In this document: piece by piece, positions 17,677 to 27,077 of the stretch
How positions within the stretch are numbered: position 1 is the stretch's first letter
How the letters are laid out: each line of letters opens with the position of its first letter
Assembly: GCA_023150935.1 (NCBI GenBank)
Contig: JAKLJW010000010.1
Span: forward strand, 49,551 to 113,550
Origin: Candidatus Binatia bacterium
GTDB taxonomy: Bacteria; Desulfobacterota; Binatia; HRBIN30
DNA length: 64,000 nt
Direction: 5' to 3'
Made by a program: the position numbers and the translations under genes
Notes under the pieces: generated by a model
Told to the model about the DNA's origin: nothing
Databases searched by the model: none
What the model saw: the letters and a program-made list of their open reading frames with translations, nothing else

Positions 17677-20431
17677 CTGCGGCGACGGCGGCCGGCTCCG
17701 TAGCCGCCGGTTGAGTCGTCAGCCGTGTGTACAGATCGGCGCGCACCCGCTCCAACCCTTCGGGATCGGTAAGCTTCCGCCCCTGCAGGTCGGTGACGTA
17801 GAACACATCGAGCACCTGATCGACGTTCGTCGTGATCTTGGCGATGTGAATCGAGAGACCGAGGTGGAACAGAGCATTGGCGATCGAGAACAGGACCCCG
17901 ACCCGGTCCTGCGTGTACACGTCGAGCACGGTGAAATGATCGGAGACCTCGTTATCGATCTCGATCTCCGTGGGCACGCGCGGCACCACCCGCGTGGCGA
18001 AGATCGACGGCCGCACCGACTCGGCAACCACCCGTTCGACGTCGACCTCCCCCGTCAATACCCGCGCCAGGGTCACCTGCACGCGCTCCCAGCGCTCGGG
18101 ACGCTGCGCGGCCTCCGCCTGATCGCCGTGCGAGATGCGAAATACGTCGAGCGCCATGCCGCGGGCGCTGGTGTTGATGCTCGCGGTCAGGATGTTCATG
18201 CCGTGCGACAGCAATATCCCGGTGAGCATCGAGAACAGGCCCGGACGGTCCGGCGTAATCACGACGAACTCGCTGAACTGACGCTCGGGATAGTGCTTCA
18301 CCTCGCTGATGAACGGATCGTCGCTCATCGCGCGCACGAGCTGCAGATGGTGCAGGACGCTCTCCTCCGGCGTGCCGAGGAAGTAGCGGTCGGGCATGTC
18401 GCGCAGAAAAGCCCCCAGAACCGGCCCGAGCGACAGATCCGCCGCCACAGCAGCAATCCGCTGCTTGACCCGTGCCGTCCGCTCCGCCACGTCTTCCTCG
18501 ACGAACGCCTCGCGCTCGAACACGTCCAGAGTCTGCAGGTAAAGGTCCCGCAACAGCATGTCGTGCCAGTTGTTCCAGATCTTCGGCGCTACCGAGCGCA
18601 TGTCCGCAAAGGTCAACAAGTACAGCTTCTTCAGATTGTCGAGCGTCTCGACGCGCCGCGCGAAGTCAATGATCAGGCGCTGGTCGTGGATGTCGCGACG
18701 CTGCGCCAGATGGGACATGACCAGGTGGCAGGCCACCAGGAACTCCAACTGCTCGGCGTCGTCGCGATTGAGCGCCAACCTGGCGGCAACGGCGCGCGTC
18801 ATGCGCGCCCCGCGTTCGGGGTGGCCGCCGCCGTGTCCCTTGCCGATGTCGTGGAGGATGGCCCCCAGGTAAAGGATCTCCACCCGGTCGGCGTCGCGCA
18901 TCACCTGGGTGAGCAGCGGCGCCGCATCCTCATAGGCCCCTGCCCGCAACAGTTCGAGTTCGCGCACCAGCCGCAACGAGTGCTCGTCGACCGTATAGAT
19001 GTGATACAGGTCGTGCAGCACCATGCAGAGCAAAGCCCCGAATTCCGGCAGGAAGGCTCCCAGCACGCCGACCCGGTGCATCTCGAGCAGCGTCTCGTAA
19101 ACCCGATGCTTGCCGCGCAACACCTCGAAGAAGGCATCGACCATGGCCGGCGAGCTGCGTTCCGCTTCGCCGACGAGATCCAGGTTGGCCCGCAGCAGCC
19201 GCTTCGTCCCGCTGGCGATCGGCACCTCCTGGCGCTGCGCATCGGCGAACACGCGAATGAAATTGGCGGGATCGGTGTGCAGCACCTCGACCCCGGTGAT
19301 CGACAGCATGCCGTGGCCGACCACCACCCCCGGACGAATCTGCCGGCGGTTGAAGCGGCCGATGAGTCGCTGCGGCAGCGGCCGCTCGATACAGCGTTCA
19401 CCGACCATTTCGCCGAAACGGTTTACCGTCGCGGCGTGCAGGTAGTAAGTCCGCATGAACTCCTCGACGCCCTTGCGCGTCGCCGTGTCCACGAAGCCGA
19501 GATCGGCCGCCAGCCGTTCCTGATACTCGAACGTGAGCTGGTCCTGATGCCGGCCGGAAAGAAAATGCAGGCCGTTGCGCACCCGCCACAGGAAGTCCCG
19601 CGCGGCGGCGATTTCCGCCATCTCGCGTTCGGTAACAACTCCCTTCTGCACCAGATCTTCAACTGCGTGGATCTTGAACTTCACCTTCGCCATCCACATC
19701 GCCGTGTGCAGATCGCGCAGCCCGCCCTCTCCCTCCTTCAACTGCGGTTCGAGCAGGTACACGGAGTCGCCGAACCGTTCGTGCCGTGCCCGAGTTTCTC
19801 CAAGTTTCTCCTGAAAGAACCGATCGGCACTGCGCGCGGCGTCTTGTTCCACCGCGGCCGTTAGCTCCTCATGAAGCGACCGGTCGCCACACAGGAACCG
19901 CGCATCCAACAGCGCCGTCCTCACCTTGAGATCGCTGCCCGCCAGGCGAATGCTCTCCCGCACATTGCGCATGGCATGGCCGACGTCGAGTTTCGTGTTC
20001 CACAGACTGTAAAGGATGCTCTCGGCAACGTGTTCGACGTACGGCTCGCGCTTGTACGGGTAGAGGAAGAGCAGGTCGATGTCGGAACATGGGTTGAGCT
20101 CCCCGCGTCCGTAGCCGCCCTGCGCGACGACCGTGCAGCGCTGATCGATGCGAGAATAGCGGGCCACGTAGGTCGCCACCGCGGCGTCAAAAAGCGTCCG
20201 CAAGACCTCGTCCATCGCCGCCGTGTACCTCTCGACCACCGCGGAGCCGGCCGCACCGGCGAGGTGCTCCTTGAACAGGTGCGCCCGGGTCGCATCGAGG
20301 TACTCTCGCGCCTGCTGCCCCCAGTCGGTATCCGCCCTCAGGGGACCGAACGACCTCCGCACGACCTCCCCCGCGCCGCCCTCCGTCAACGTCGTAGGCT
20401 CCCCGCCATGGCCTTCAGCACTCGCCCGCAC
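17669..20431 (-). CDS. glnD: [protein-PII] uridylyltransferase / uridylyl-removing enzyme GlnD
   Basis: Nucleotidyltransferase motif GGYGRGELNPCSDIDLLFLYP; HD domain LGAILHDIGKG; two C-terminal ACT domains. Confidence 0.85.
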   Translation of the reverse strand: MRASAEGHGGEPTTLTEGGAGEVVRRSFGPLRADTDWGQQAREYLDATRAHLFKEHLAGAAGSAVVERYTAAMDEVLRTLFDAAVATYVARYSRIDQRCTVVAQGGYGRGELNPCSDIDLLFLYPYKREPYVEHVAESILYSLWNTKLDVGHAMRNVRESIRLAGSDLKVRTALLDARFLCGDRSLHEELTAAVEQDAARSADRFFQEKLGETRARHERFGDSVYLLEPQLKEGEGGLRDLHTAMWMAKVKFKIHAVEDLVQKGVVTEREMAEIAAARDFLWRVRNGLHFLSGRHQDQLTFEYQERLAADLGFVDTATRKGVEEFMRTYYLHAATVNRFGEMVGERCIERPLPQRLIGRFNRRQIRPGVVVGHGMLSITGVEVLHTDPANFIRVFADAQRQEVPIASGTKRLLRANLDLVGEAERSSPAMVDAFFEVLRGKHRVYETLLEMHRVGVLGAFLPEFGALLCMVLHDLYHIYTVDEHSLRLVRELELLRAGAYEDAAPLLTQVMRDADRVEILYLGAILHDIGKGHGGGHPERGARMTRAVAARLALNRDDAEQLEFLVACHLVMSHLAQRRDIHDQRLIIDFARRVETLDNLKKLYLLTFADMRSVAPKIWNNWHDMLLRDLYLQTLDVFEREAFVEEDVAERTARVKQRIAAVAADLSLGPVLGAFLRDMPDRYFLGTPEESVLHHLQLVRAMSDDPFISEVKHYPERQFSEFVVITPDRPGLFSMLTGILLSHGMNILTASINTSARGMALDVFRISHGDQAEAAQRPERWERVQVTLARVLTGEVDVERVVAESVRPSIFATRVVPRVPTEIEIDNEVSDHFTVLDVYTQDRVGVLFSIANALFHLGLSIHIAKITTNVDQVLDVFYVTDLQGRKLTDPEGLERVRADLYTRLTTQPAATEPAAVAAGA

Positions 20432-20515
20432 CGTCCTAATCTACCTTTCCTGAGGCGCGGCAGAAAGACCGTCTCGATCCCCGAGCCAGGCGTACCACCG
20501 TGTGCCCGACGTCCA

Positions 20516-23104
20516 TCAGGCATCCTTGCGTGCGCGCTCGACCAGCTCGTGCAGGCGCGCCAGCGCTTCCATCGGCGTCAGTCGGTTGACGTCCATGGCC
20601 GCCAGCTCGTCCCGCAGGCGGTTCTGAGGCGGCGCGAACAGTGCCAGTTGCGGGCCGGCATTCGCGGTGCCCTCGGCGAGCCGTGGCCGGCCGGCGTCGT
20701 CGAGTTCGCCCGCTTCGAGGTTGCGCAGAATCTGACGCGCGCGCTCGATCACCGGCGACGGCACCCCCGCCAGCGTGGCTACCTGAATGCCGTAGCTCTG
20801 ACTTGCCGGCCCGGGAACGATGCGGCGCAGAAAGACCACCTCGCCCTTCCATTCGCGCACCGCCACCGAGGCGTTGCCGATGCGCGCCTGGGTGCGCGCC
20901 AGATCGGTCAGCTCGTGGTAATGCGTGGCAAACAGCACCAGCGGCCGCCCCGGCGCCGCGTGCAGGTGTTCCGCCACGGCCCAGGCGATCGAGATGCCGT
21001 CGAAGGTGCTCGTACCGCGCCCGATTTCGTCCAGCACCACCAGACTGCGCGACGTAAGATTGCCCAGGATCTCGGCGGTCTCCTTCATCTCCACCATGAA
21101 GGTCGACTCGCCGCCGGCGAGGTTATCGGAGGCGCCGACGCGCGTGAACAGGCGATCGACAAGTCCGATTTCCGCGGCACTGGCCGGCACGAAGCTCCCC
21201 ATTTGCGCCAGCAGCACGATCAGCGCCACCTGGCGCAGATACGTCGATTTGCCCGCCATGTTCGGCCCGGTGATCGTCAGTATCTGAGGGCCGTCCGGAT
21301 CGAGGGTGCAATCGTTCGGCACGAACCCGCCGCGGCCGGCAAGCGCCTCGACCACCGGGTGCCGGCCATCGCGAATGACCAGCCGCCGGTCCCGAGTGAG
21401 CTGCGGCCGCACGTATTGGTGCCGCTCGGCGACTGCGGCCAGCGCCGAGAGGACGTCGAGGCGCGCCAGGGTCGCCGCGGTGCGCCCGATCCTCTCCTGC
21501 TGCGCCGCCAGGTCGGCGACGAGGGCGGCGAATATCTCGGCTTCCCGGGCCCGCAGACGCTCCTCGGCGCCGACCACCTTGGCCTCGTACTCGCCAAGCT
21601 GCGGGGTGGTAAAGCGCTCGGCGTTCGCCGTCGTCTGCTTGCGCTGGTAGTCGGCGGGAACTTGCGGCAGATTCGGCCTGGTGACCTCGATGTAGTAGCC
21701 GAAGACTTGATTGTAGCGCACCTTGAGCGAGCCGATCCCGGTGCGGCGCCGCTCCGCCGCCTCGTATTCGGAAATCCACTGCTTGCCGCTGTGCGCAAGG
21801 GTCCGGAACTCGTCGACCTCCGCATCGCAACCGGCGCGGATCAGCCCTCCCGCGCTGACCGCCAGCGGCGGGGAATCGACCAGCGTCGCCGCAATGCGCG
21901 CCGCCGTGTCGGGCATCGCATCGAGATCGGCCGCCGCCGCCGTCAGAACCGACGGCGCCGGCGCCACGAGCCGAGTGCGGATCCGGGCGACGCGTTCGAG
22001 GTTCGCCGCCAGTCCGGCCACGTCGCGCGGGGTGACACGCGCCGCCGCCAGCCGCCCGTTGAGCCGCTCGATATCGCCGATCGGCTTCAAGTCGGCTTCG
22101 ATGTCCTGGCGCAGACTCGGGTGCTCGCGCAGATACTCGACGGCATCGAGGCGCTCCCCGATCGCCGCCAGGTCGGTCAGCGGCGCGACCAGCCACTGGC
22201 GCAAGAGGCGGCCGCCCATCGGCGTCGCCGTTCGATCCAGCACCCACAACAGCGCTCCTCGCCGCTCGCCCCGCAGTGTCGTGAGCAGCTCGAGATTGCG
22301 CCGGGTGGCCTGATCGAGCACGAGCCGGTCGTGACCGCCGCCGAGATCGACGAGGCGCAGGTGCGCCGTTCCGGCACGGTGGGTAGCCGCGATATACCGC
22401 AAGCAACCCGCAAGCGCCGCCCGCGCGGCCGCGGGCAGCGCCGGCGCACCGCTGCGGGCGAGCCACTCGTCCGCAGCGTCGACCCGGAAGTCGTCGGCGG
22501 GCAGACGGCTCGTGGACACATCGGGGACCAGAGCTATCGCCGCGGCCGCCAGTGCCTCGTCCGTAGCCGAGACAAGGAGCTCGCGCGGACCCAGCCGCCC
22601 CAGTTCGTCAGCCAGGACGGCCGTGTCCGGGAGCGTCGAGACCCGCACTTCTCCCGTCGACAGATCCACGGCCGCGACGCCGACGCTGTCGCCACCGGGC
22701 TCCGACCCGCCACGCACGACGGCAACCAGATAGTTGGGCGCCTTCGGATCGAGGCACTCTTCCTCCGTGACGGTTCCGGGCGTAATGACGCGCACCACGG
22801 CGCGCGCCACGAGGCCCTTGGCGGTTGCCGGGTCCTCTATCTGCTCGACGATGGCGACCTTGCGTCCGACCGCAAGCAACTTGGCTACGTACGGCTGTAC
22901 CGCGTGATACGGCACACCACACATGGGAATCTGCACTTCGTCCTTCTTGCTGCGCGTGGTGAGCGCCACCTCGAGGATCGGGGCCGCGATCTCGGCGTCC
23001 TCGAAGAACACCTCGTAGAAATCGCCGAGGCGGAAGAAGACGATGGCGTCGCGATGCCGGTCCTTGACACGCAGGTACTGCTCCAGCATCGGGGTGATTT
23101 TCAT
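20516..23104 (-). CDS. mutS: DNA mismatch repair protein MutS
   Basis: MKITPMLEQYLRVKDRHRDAIVFFRLGDFYEVFFEDA (MutS domain I with conserved F in GDFYE); Walker A TGPNMAGKSTYLRQ; full 863 aa. Confidence 0.9.
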   Translation of the reverse strand: MKITPMLEQYLRVKDRHRDAIVFFRLGDFYEVFFEDAEIAAPILEVALTTRSKKDEVQIPMCGVPYHAVQPYVAKLLAVGRKVAIVEQIEDPATAKGLVARAVVRVITPGTVTEEECLDPKAPNYLVAVVRGGSEPGGDSVGVAAVDLSTGEVRVSTLPDTAVLADELGRLGPRELLVSATDEALAAAAIALVPDVSTSRLPADDFRVDAADEWLARSGAPALPAAARAALAGCLRYIAATHRAGTAHLRLVDLGGGHDRLVLDQATRRNLELLTTLRGERRGALLWVLDRTATPMGGRLLRQWLVAPLTDLAAIGERLDAVEYLREHPSLRQDIEADLKPIGDIERLNGRLAAARVTPRDVAGLAANLERVARIRTRLVAPAPSVLTAAAADLDAMPDTAARIAATLVDSPPLAVSAGGLIRAGCDAEVDEFRTLAHSGKQWISEYEAAERRRTGIGSLKVRYNQVFGYYIEVTRPNLPQVPADYQRKQTTANAERFTTPQLGEYEAKVVGAEERLRAREAEIFAALVADLAAQQERIGRTAATLARLDVLSALAAVAERHQYVRPQLTRDRRLVIRDGRHPVVEALAGRGGFVPNDCTLDPDGPQILTITGPNMAGKSTYLRQVALIVLLAQMGSFVPASAAEIGLVDRLFTRVGASDNLAGGESTFMVEMKETAEILGNLTSRSLVVLDEIGRGTSTFDGISIAWAVAEHLHAAPGRPLVLFATHYHELTDLARTQARIGNASVAVREWKGEVVFLRRIVPGPASQSYGIQVATLAGVPSPVIERARQILRNLEAGELDDAGRPRLAEGTANAGPQLALFAPPQNRLRDELAAMDVNRLTPMEALARLHELVERARKDA

Positions 23105-23142
23105 GGGCTTGGGGGCTTGGGGGCTTGGGGGCTTGGGGGGGG
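23105..23142. repeat. perfect tandem repeat (GGGCTTGG)x4 + G6 filling the 38-nt gap between the VWA stop codon and the mutS start codon
   Basis: Sequence gggcttgggggcttgggggcttgggggcttgggggggg. Five G-tracts with 3-nt loops, i.e. a canonical G4 motif on the plus (template) strand; C-rich CCCAAGCC repeats in the mutS mRNA leader. Confidence 0.9.
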
Positions 23143-24732
23143 TTACACTTTCTTTCGCCTCCGGCCGAGGTAGTCGACGAGCAGGTATTGGCCGAGGTGG
23201 TCGGGGCGGGTGTAAAGGGCGCGTCCCTTGTTGATGCGGGTCATACGTTCCACAAACGCGCGCAGACTGGGACTGTCGTCGAGCATGAACGTATTGATGG
23301 TTATGCCCCGTCGCGTGACACGCTCTACCTCCTTCAGGGTTTCCTGCGCGGCACGCAGGCTGATGCCGCCGAACGAGAGCGGCCACTCACAGTAAAGCCT
23401 GCCGCGTGAGAAGTACGCCGTCGGCTGCCCATCGGTGATGACGATAATGTGCTGATTGGTACTGCGATGCCGGCCGAGCAGTTCGGTCGCCAGCCGGAGA
23501 CCGTCCTGCAGATTGGTGAAAGGGTCGCCCATGTTCCAGCTCGCTTCGGGCAGATCGCGGGCCCGCAACTCGACGGCGCGCGTGAAGAAACCGACGATAC
23601 CGAAGTAGTCGCGGGGGAAGCGAGCCCGGACGAGGCTTTCCAGAGCCAGCGCAACGCGCTTGGCGGCGGCAAACCGCCCCTCCCAGCTCATCGACCAGCT
23701 CATGTCGAGCAAGAGCACCGTCGACGCGGTAGTCGAAAGATTGGTGTCGAAGACCTCGAAGTCGCCCGGCCGGATCTCGATCGGGACCCCCGCGCGGCGC
23801 CCGAGGCCCTTTTTCAGGGTACCCACAAGATCGATGTTGAGGGGGTCGCCGTAACGATACGGGCGCGTCGCATCGGGTCGCACCTCCATGATGCCGCGGT
23901 GGTCGCTATGGTGACCTCCGGGCCGGTCGCGCAACAGAGTATGATATATCTCGCGCAGCGCGAGTTGCCCGACCTTACGCACCCCCTTTGGCGAAAGCCG
24001 GGTGCGCCCCTCGCGTTGCGCAAGGTAGCCGGCCTCGTGCAACAGGGCCATCATGCTTCGCAGGTCCTCGAAATCGCGACGCACACCGGCCCCGAGCAGG
24101 CCCTCCACGTCACCGCCGTCGATACCGTCGAGAGTGCCGGCTACGAGTTGTTCCTCGAGCCGCTTCAGACGCTCGATTTCTCGCATCAGATCCAGCGCCT
24201 CGTCGTAGCCGAGCGCTTCGCGACCGTGGAAGAGCTCTCCGAAACGGCGCTGGAAATCCTCCAGCGCCCGGATGTCGTCCAGCTCGTCGAGCAATTCCTC
24301 GATAGCACGGCGCGCCTCGTCGTCAGCGAAGTGGCCTTCGCGCAGGCGCTCCAGCGCCTCGGCGAGCCGATACGGCAGCTCGGCGAGTTGACGCAGGCGG
24401 GCGGCCGCCGTGGGGTCGTCGGCCCGCTGTCCCAGCGCATCGCGTTCGAGGTCGAGCGCGTCATCCAGGCGCTGTCGCCGCTCGTCAAATACGTGGTCCA
24501 GATTGAACGTGCGATAGCGCTCACGGAGCTGCTCACGCACGCGTTCGAGGATCTCGTCGAGGCCGACGACGCGCATCCCTTCCCACTCCACCCCGTGACG
24601 CATCAGCCAGTCGAGCGCCTGCTGGAGATCGTCGGTGTAAGAGAGGTACTCGGCGAGCTTCTCGAACACCCGGTCCGCCTCCAACCGCACCCGCTGGCGG
24701 CCGTCCCATTCGGTGTAGCGCAGGGTGAGCAT
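23143..24732 (-). CDS. VWA domain protein (ChlD/CoxE/CobT-like partner of AAA ATPase)
   Basis: MIDAS motif LLLDMSWSMSWEG in the C-terminal VWA domain; long N-terminal coiled/acidic region. Confidence 0.7.
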   Translation of the reverse strand: MLTLRYTEWDGRQRVRLEADRVFEKLAEYLSYTDDLQQALDWLMRHGVEWEGMRVVGLDEILERVREQLRERYRTFNLDHVFDERRQRLDDALDLERDALGQRADDPTAAARLRQLAELPYRLAEALERLREGHFADDEARRAIEELLDELDDIRALEDFQRRFGELFHGREALGYDEALDLMREIERLKRLEEQLVAGTLDGIDGGDVEGLLGAGVRRDFEDLRSMMALLHEAGYLAQREGRTRLSPKGVRKVGQLALREIYHTLLRDRPGGHHSDHRGIMEVRPDATRPYRYGDPLNIDLVGTLKKGLGRRAGVPIEIRPGDFEVFDTNLSTTASTVLLLDMSWSMSWEGRFAAAKRVALALESLVRARFPRDYFGIVGFFTRAVELRARDLPEASWNMGDPFTNLQDGLRLATELLGRHRSTNQHIIVITDGQPTAYFSRGRLYCEWPLSFGGISLRAAQETLKEVERVTRRGITINTFMLDDSPSLRAFVERMTRINKGRALYTRPDHLGQYLLVDYLGRRRKKV

Positions 24733-24786
24733 GGAGCCGGTGTCGGTCGTCAGGACGATGGCTGGGCGCCGGTCGTTAGCGGGTCA

Positions 24787-26187
24787 TCAGGCGCGAAAGG
24801 CGTAACGGGCTCCCGAGCGGTCCTTGTTGAGTTTCTGATGCAAATGGAGGCCCTCGAGAATCAGCTCGGTAGCGGCGGCGATGAAACCGGGGCTTTCGGC
24901 ATTACCGAGGCAGCGGACGATGTCGCGCAACCCCGGAATGGCGCTGACTCCTTCCATGTAATCCTCGGCGCGCATCGTGTCGGAGACCTCGACTCCCCAA
25001 CCCTGGGCGAAGTAATCGATGACACTCCGGCACTCTTCGACGGTGAGCCACTTGTCGAACGCGCGCAGCACGGCGCGGTTGAGCAGACGCTCGACGAGAT
25101 CGTCCGGCTTCTTGTCCTCGCCGGCGTATTCGAGTTCGATCTTGCCCACGGTCGACGCTACCAGGGCATGGAGGTCGGTGAGTCGCGGCACGACTTCACG
25201 CTCGCCGTTACGCACCGCACGTTTCTCGGCGTTACTGATGAGCGTCTCGTAGTTGTTTATGGTCACGCGGACGCTGACCCCGGATGCCTGATTGATCTCG
25301 TTGCAGCCGCGCGCTTCGAAGGTGAGCTGCGCGACGATCTCGGCCATGAACGCCGGCACGTGAACTTCGCGGTCGGGCCGTTCGAGGGCCGGCAGCTCCT
25401 GTTCCATGATGGCGATCTCGTCTTCGATGGTGCGCGGGTAGTGGGTGCGGATCTGCACGTCGAAGCGATCCTTGAGCGGCGTGATAATTCGGCCGCGGCT
25501 GGTGTAGTCCTCGGGGTTGGCGCTGGCCACGATGACGACGTCGAGCGGTAGCCGGATCTTGTAGCCTTTGATCTGAACGTCCTTCTCCTCCATCAGATTG
25601 AAAAGCCCGACCTGCACTTTCTCGGTCAGGTCGGGTAGTTCGTTGATGGCGAAGATGCCGCGATTGGTCCGCGGCACGATGCCGTAGTGGATGGCCTCTT
25701 CGTCCGCCAGGTAGCGTCCTTCGGCCACCTTCACCGGATCGATCTCGCCAATGAGATCGGCAATCGACACGTCCGGAGTCGCCAGCTTCTCCCCGTAGCG
25801 CGCTTCGGGTGCGATCCAGACAATGGGCAGGGCGTCGCCCTCCGCATCGAGTCGCCGGCGGCATTGTTTGCAGATGGGCATGAACGGGTGGTCGTTGATC
25901 GCGCAGCCTTGTACCGCGGGGACCAGCGGATCGAGCAGCGAGGCGAGGCCGCGGATGATTCGCGATTTCGCCTGTCCGCGTTCGCCGAGGAACACCATGT
26001 GGTGGCCGGCAAGAACGGCATTTTCGATCTCCGGGATTACCGAGTCGTCGAAACCGACGATGCCCGGAAGAATGCGTTCGTGCGCTGCCAGCCGTCGCAG
26101 CAGGTTGTTCCGCATTTCCTCGCGCACCGGGCGGACCCGGTAGCCTTCGCGCCGCAGTTCTCCCAGCGTCGCCGCCTGTGGTATCAC
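24787..26187 (-). CDS. ChlI/BchI-like (Mg-chelatase-type) AAA+ ATPase
   Basis: ILPGIVGFDDSVIPEIENAVLAGHHMVFLGERGQAKS (ChlI-type Walker A); Walker B/sensor region VASANPEDYTSRGRIITPLKDRFD; C4 cluster CKQCRRRL. Confidence 0.7.
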   Translation of the reverse strand: MIPQAATLGELRREGYRVRPVREEMRNNLLRRLAAHERILPGIVGFDDSVIPEIENAVLAGHHMVFLGERGQAKSRIIRGLASLLDPLVPAVQGCAINDHPFMPICKQCRRRLDAEGDALPIVWIAPEARYGEKLATPDVSIADLIGEIDPVKVAEGRYLADEEAIHYGIVPRTNRGIFAINELPDLTEKVQVGLFNLMEEKDVQIKGYKIRLPLDVVIVASANPEDYTSRGRIITPLKDRFDVQIRTHYPRTIEDEIAIMEQELPALERPDREVHVPAFMAEIVAQLTFEARGCNEINQASGVSVRVTINNYETLISNAEKRAVRNGEREVVPRLTDLHALVASTVGKIELEYAGEDKKPDDLVERLLNRAVLRAFDKWLTVEECRSVIDYFAQGWGVEVSDTMRAEDYMEGVSAIPGLRDIVRCLGNAESPGFIAAATELILEGLHLHQKLNKDRSGARYAFRA

Positions 26188-26262
26188 GATCGGTAGCCTC
26201 TCTCTCCCCCGGTTCGCTCCGGATTATATAGGTCCGACCCCGACCATTAGGAACGCTATCGA

Positions 26263-26751
26263 TCAACCGGCTTCGAGCGCCGCGAATCCGGGGGCGAGCC
26301 GGTCGTAGGTCGCCTCGAGGTGCTCGGGAATGACGCGCACCTCGGCGAGCATCGGCATAAAGTTGGTGTCGCCCACCCAGCGCGGGACGACGTGCCAGTG
26401 CAAGTGATCGACGATACCGGCGCCACCGGCGGCCCCCTGATTCATGCCGATGTTCAGACCTTGTGGTTGCATGGTCTCGCGCAGAAGCGCCACCGCCCGC
26501 TGCAAGACGTCCGACAAGAGGGTGGCCTGCTCGGCACTCAGCGTGGCGAAGTCGCCGTGATGAGCGCGGGGGGCCACCATCAGATGGCCACCGGTATAGG
26601 GAAAGCGGTTAAGCAGAACGAGGACAGGTTGCTGCACCAGCACCAGCGCGCCGCGGCGGTCCGGCGTCGTCGCGGCGTGACAGAAGATGCAGCCGGGAGG
26701 CTGAGGCGCCCCGACGTAGGCCATGCGCCAAGGGGCCCAGAGCACCTGCAT
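26263..26751 (-). CDS. HIT family hydrolase (GalT/Ap4A-phosphorylase-like branch)
   Basis: Histidine triad GIVDHLHWHVVPRW; N-terminal CIFC. Confidence 0.75.
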   Translation of the reverse strand: MQVLWAPWRMAYVGAPQPPGCIFCHAATTPDRRGALVLVQQPVLVLLNRFPYTGGHLMVAPRAHHGDFATLSAEQATLLSDVLQRAVALLRETMQPQGLNIGMNQGAAGGAGIVDHLHWHVVPRWVGDTNFMPMLAEVRVIPEHLEATYDRLAPGFAALEAG

Positions 26752-26763
26752 AGGTCGGGTGGT

Positions 26764-27069
26764 TCAACTCTCCGCGCCCACCTCAGCGGGCTGCCCGTCG
26801 ACGCGCAAGCGGAGTTCCTTGCCAACCTTGAAGAACGGCACGCGCTTGGCGGCCACCGCAACCGTCATGCCGGTCTTCGGATTGCGACCCTCGCGGGCGC
26901 GGCGCCGTTTGACCACGAAGCTGCCGAACCCGCGGATCTCGATACGCTCGTCTCGTCGCAGCGCCTCCGCCATGCTCCCAAAGACCGCGTTGACCATTAC
27001 CTCGGCATCGCGCCGGGAGTATTGCGGGTAGCGTTTGACGACCTCCTCGATGAGGCCGCGCTTCGTCAT
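26764..27069 (-). CDS. ihfB: integration host factor subunit beta (HU/IHF family)
   Basis: HU/IHF fold RGFGSFVVKRRRAREGRNPKTG; immediately downstream of rpsA as in cmk-rpsA-ihfB synteny. Confidence 0.8.
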   Translation of the reverse strand: MTKRGLIEEVVKRYPQYSRRDAEVMVNAVFGSMAEALRRDERIEIRGFGSFVVKRRRAREGRNPKTGMTVAVAAKRVPFFKVGKELRLRVDGQPAEVGAES

Positions 27070-27077
27070 ACTCTGCC

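Noticed and set aside
19871-23173. 1100-aa plus-strand ORF antisense to mutS and the glnD N-terminus
   Set aside because: Arg-rich (RRRR runs), no domains, and mutS on the opposite strand is unambiguous.
23449-25551. 700-aa plus-strand ORF antisense to the VWA and ChlI-like ATPase genes
   Set aside because: Low-complexity, no motifs; the minus-strand genes carry Walker A and MIDAS motifs.
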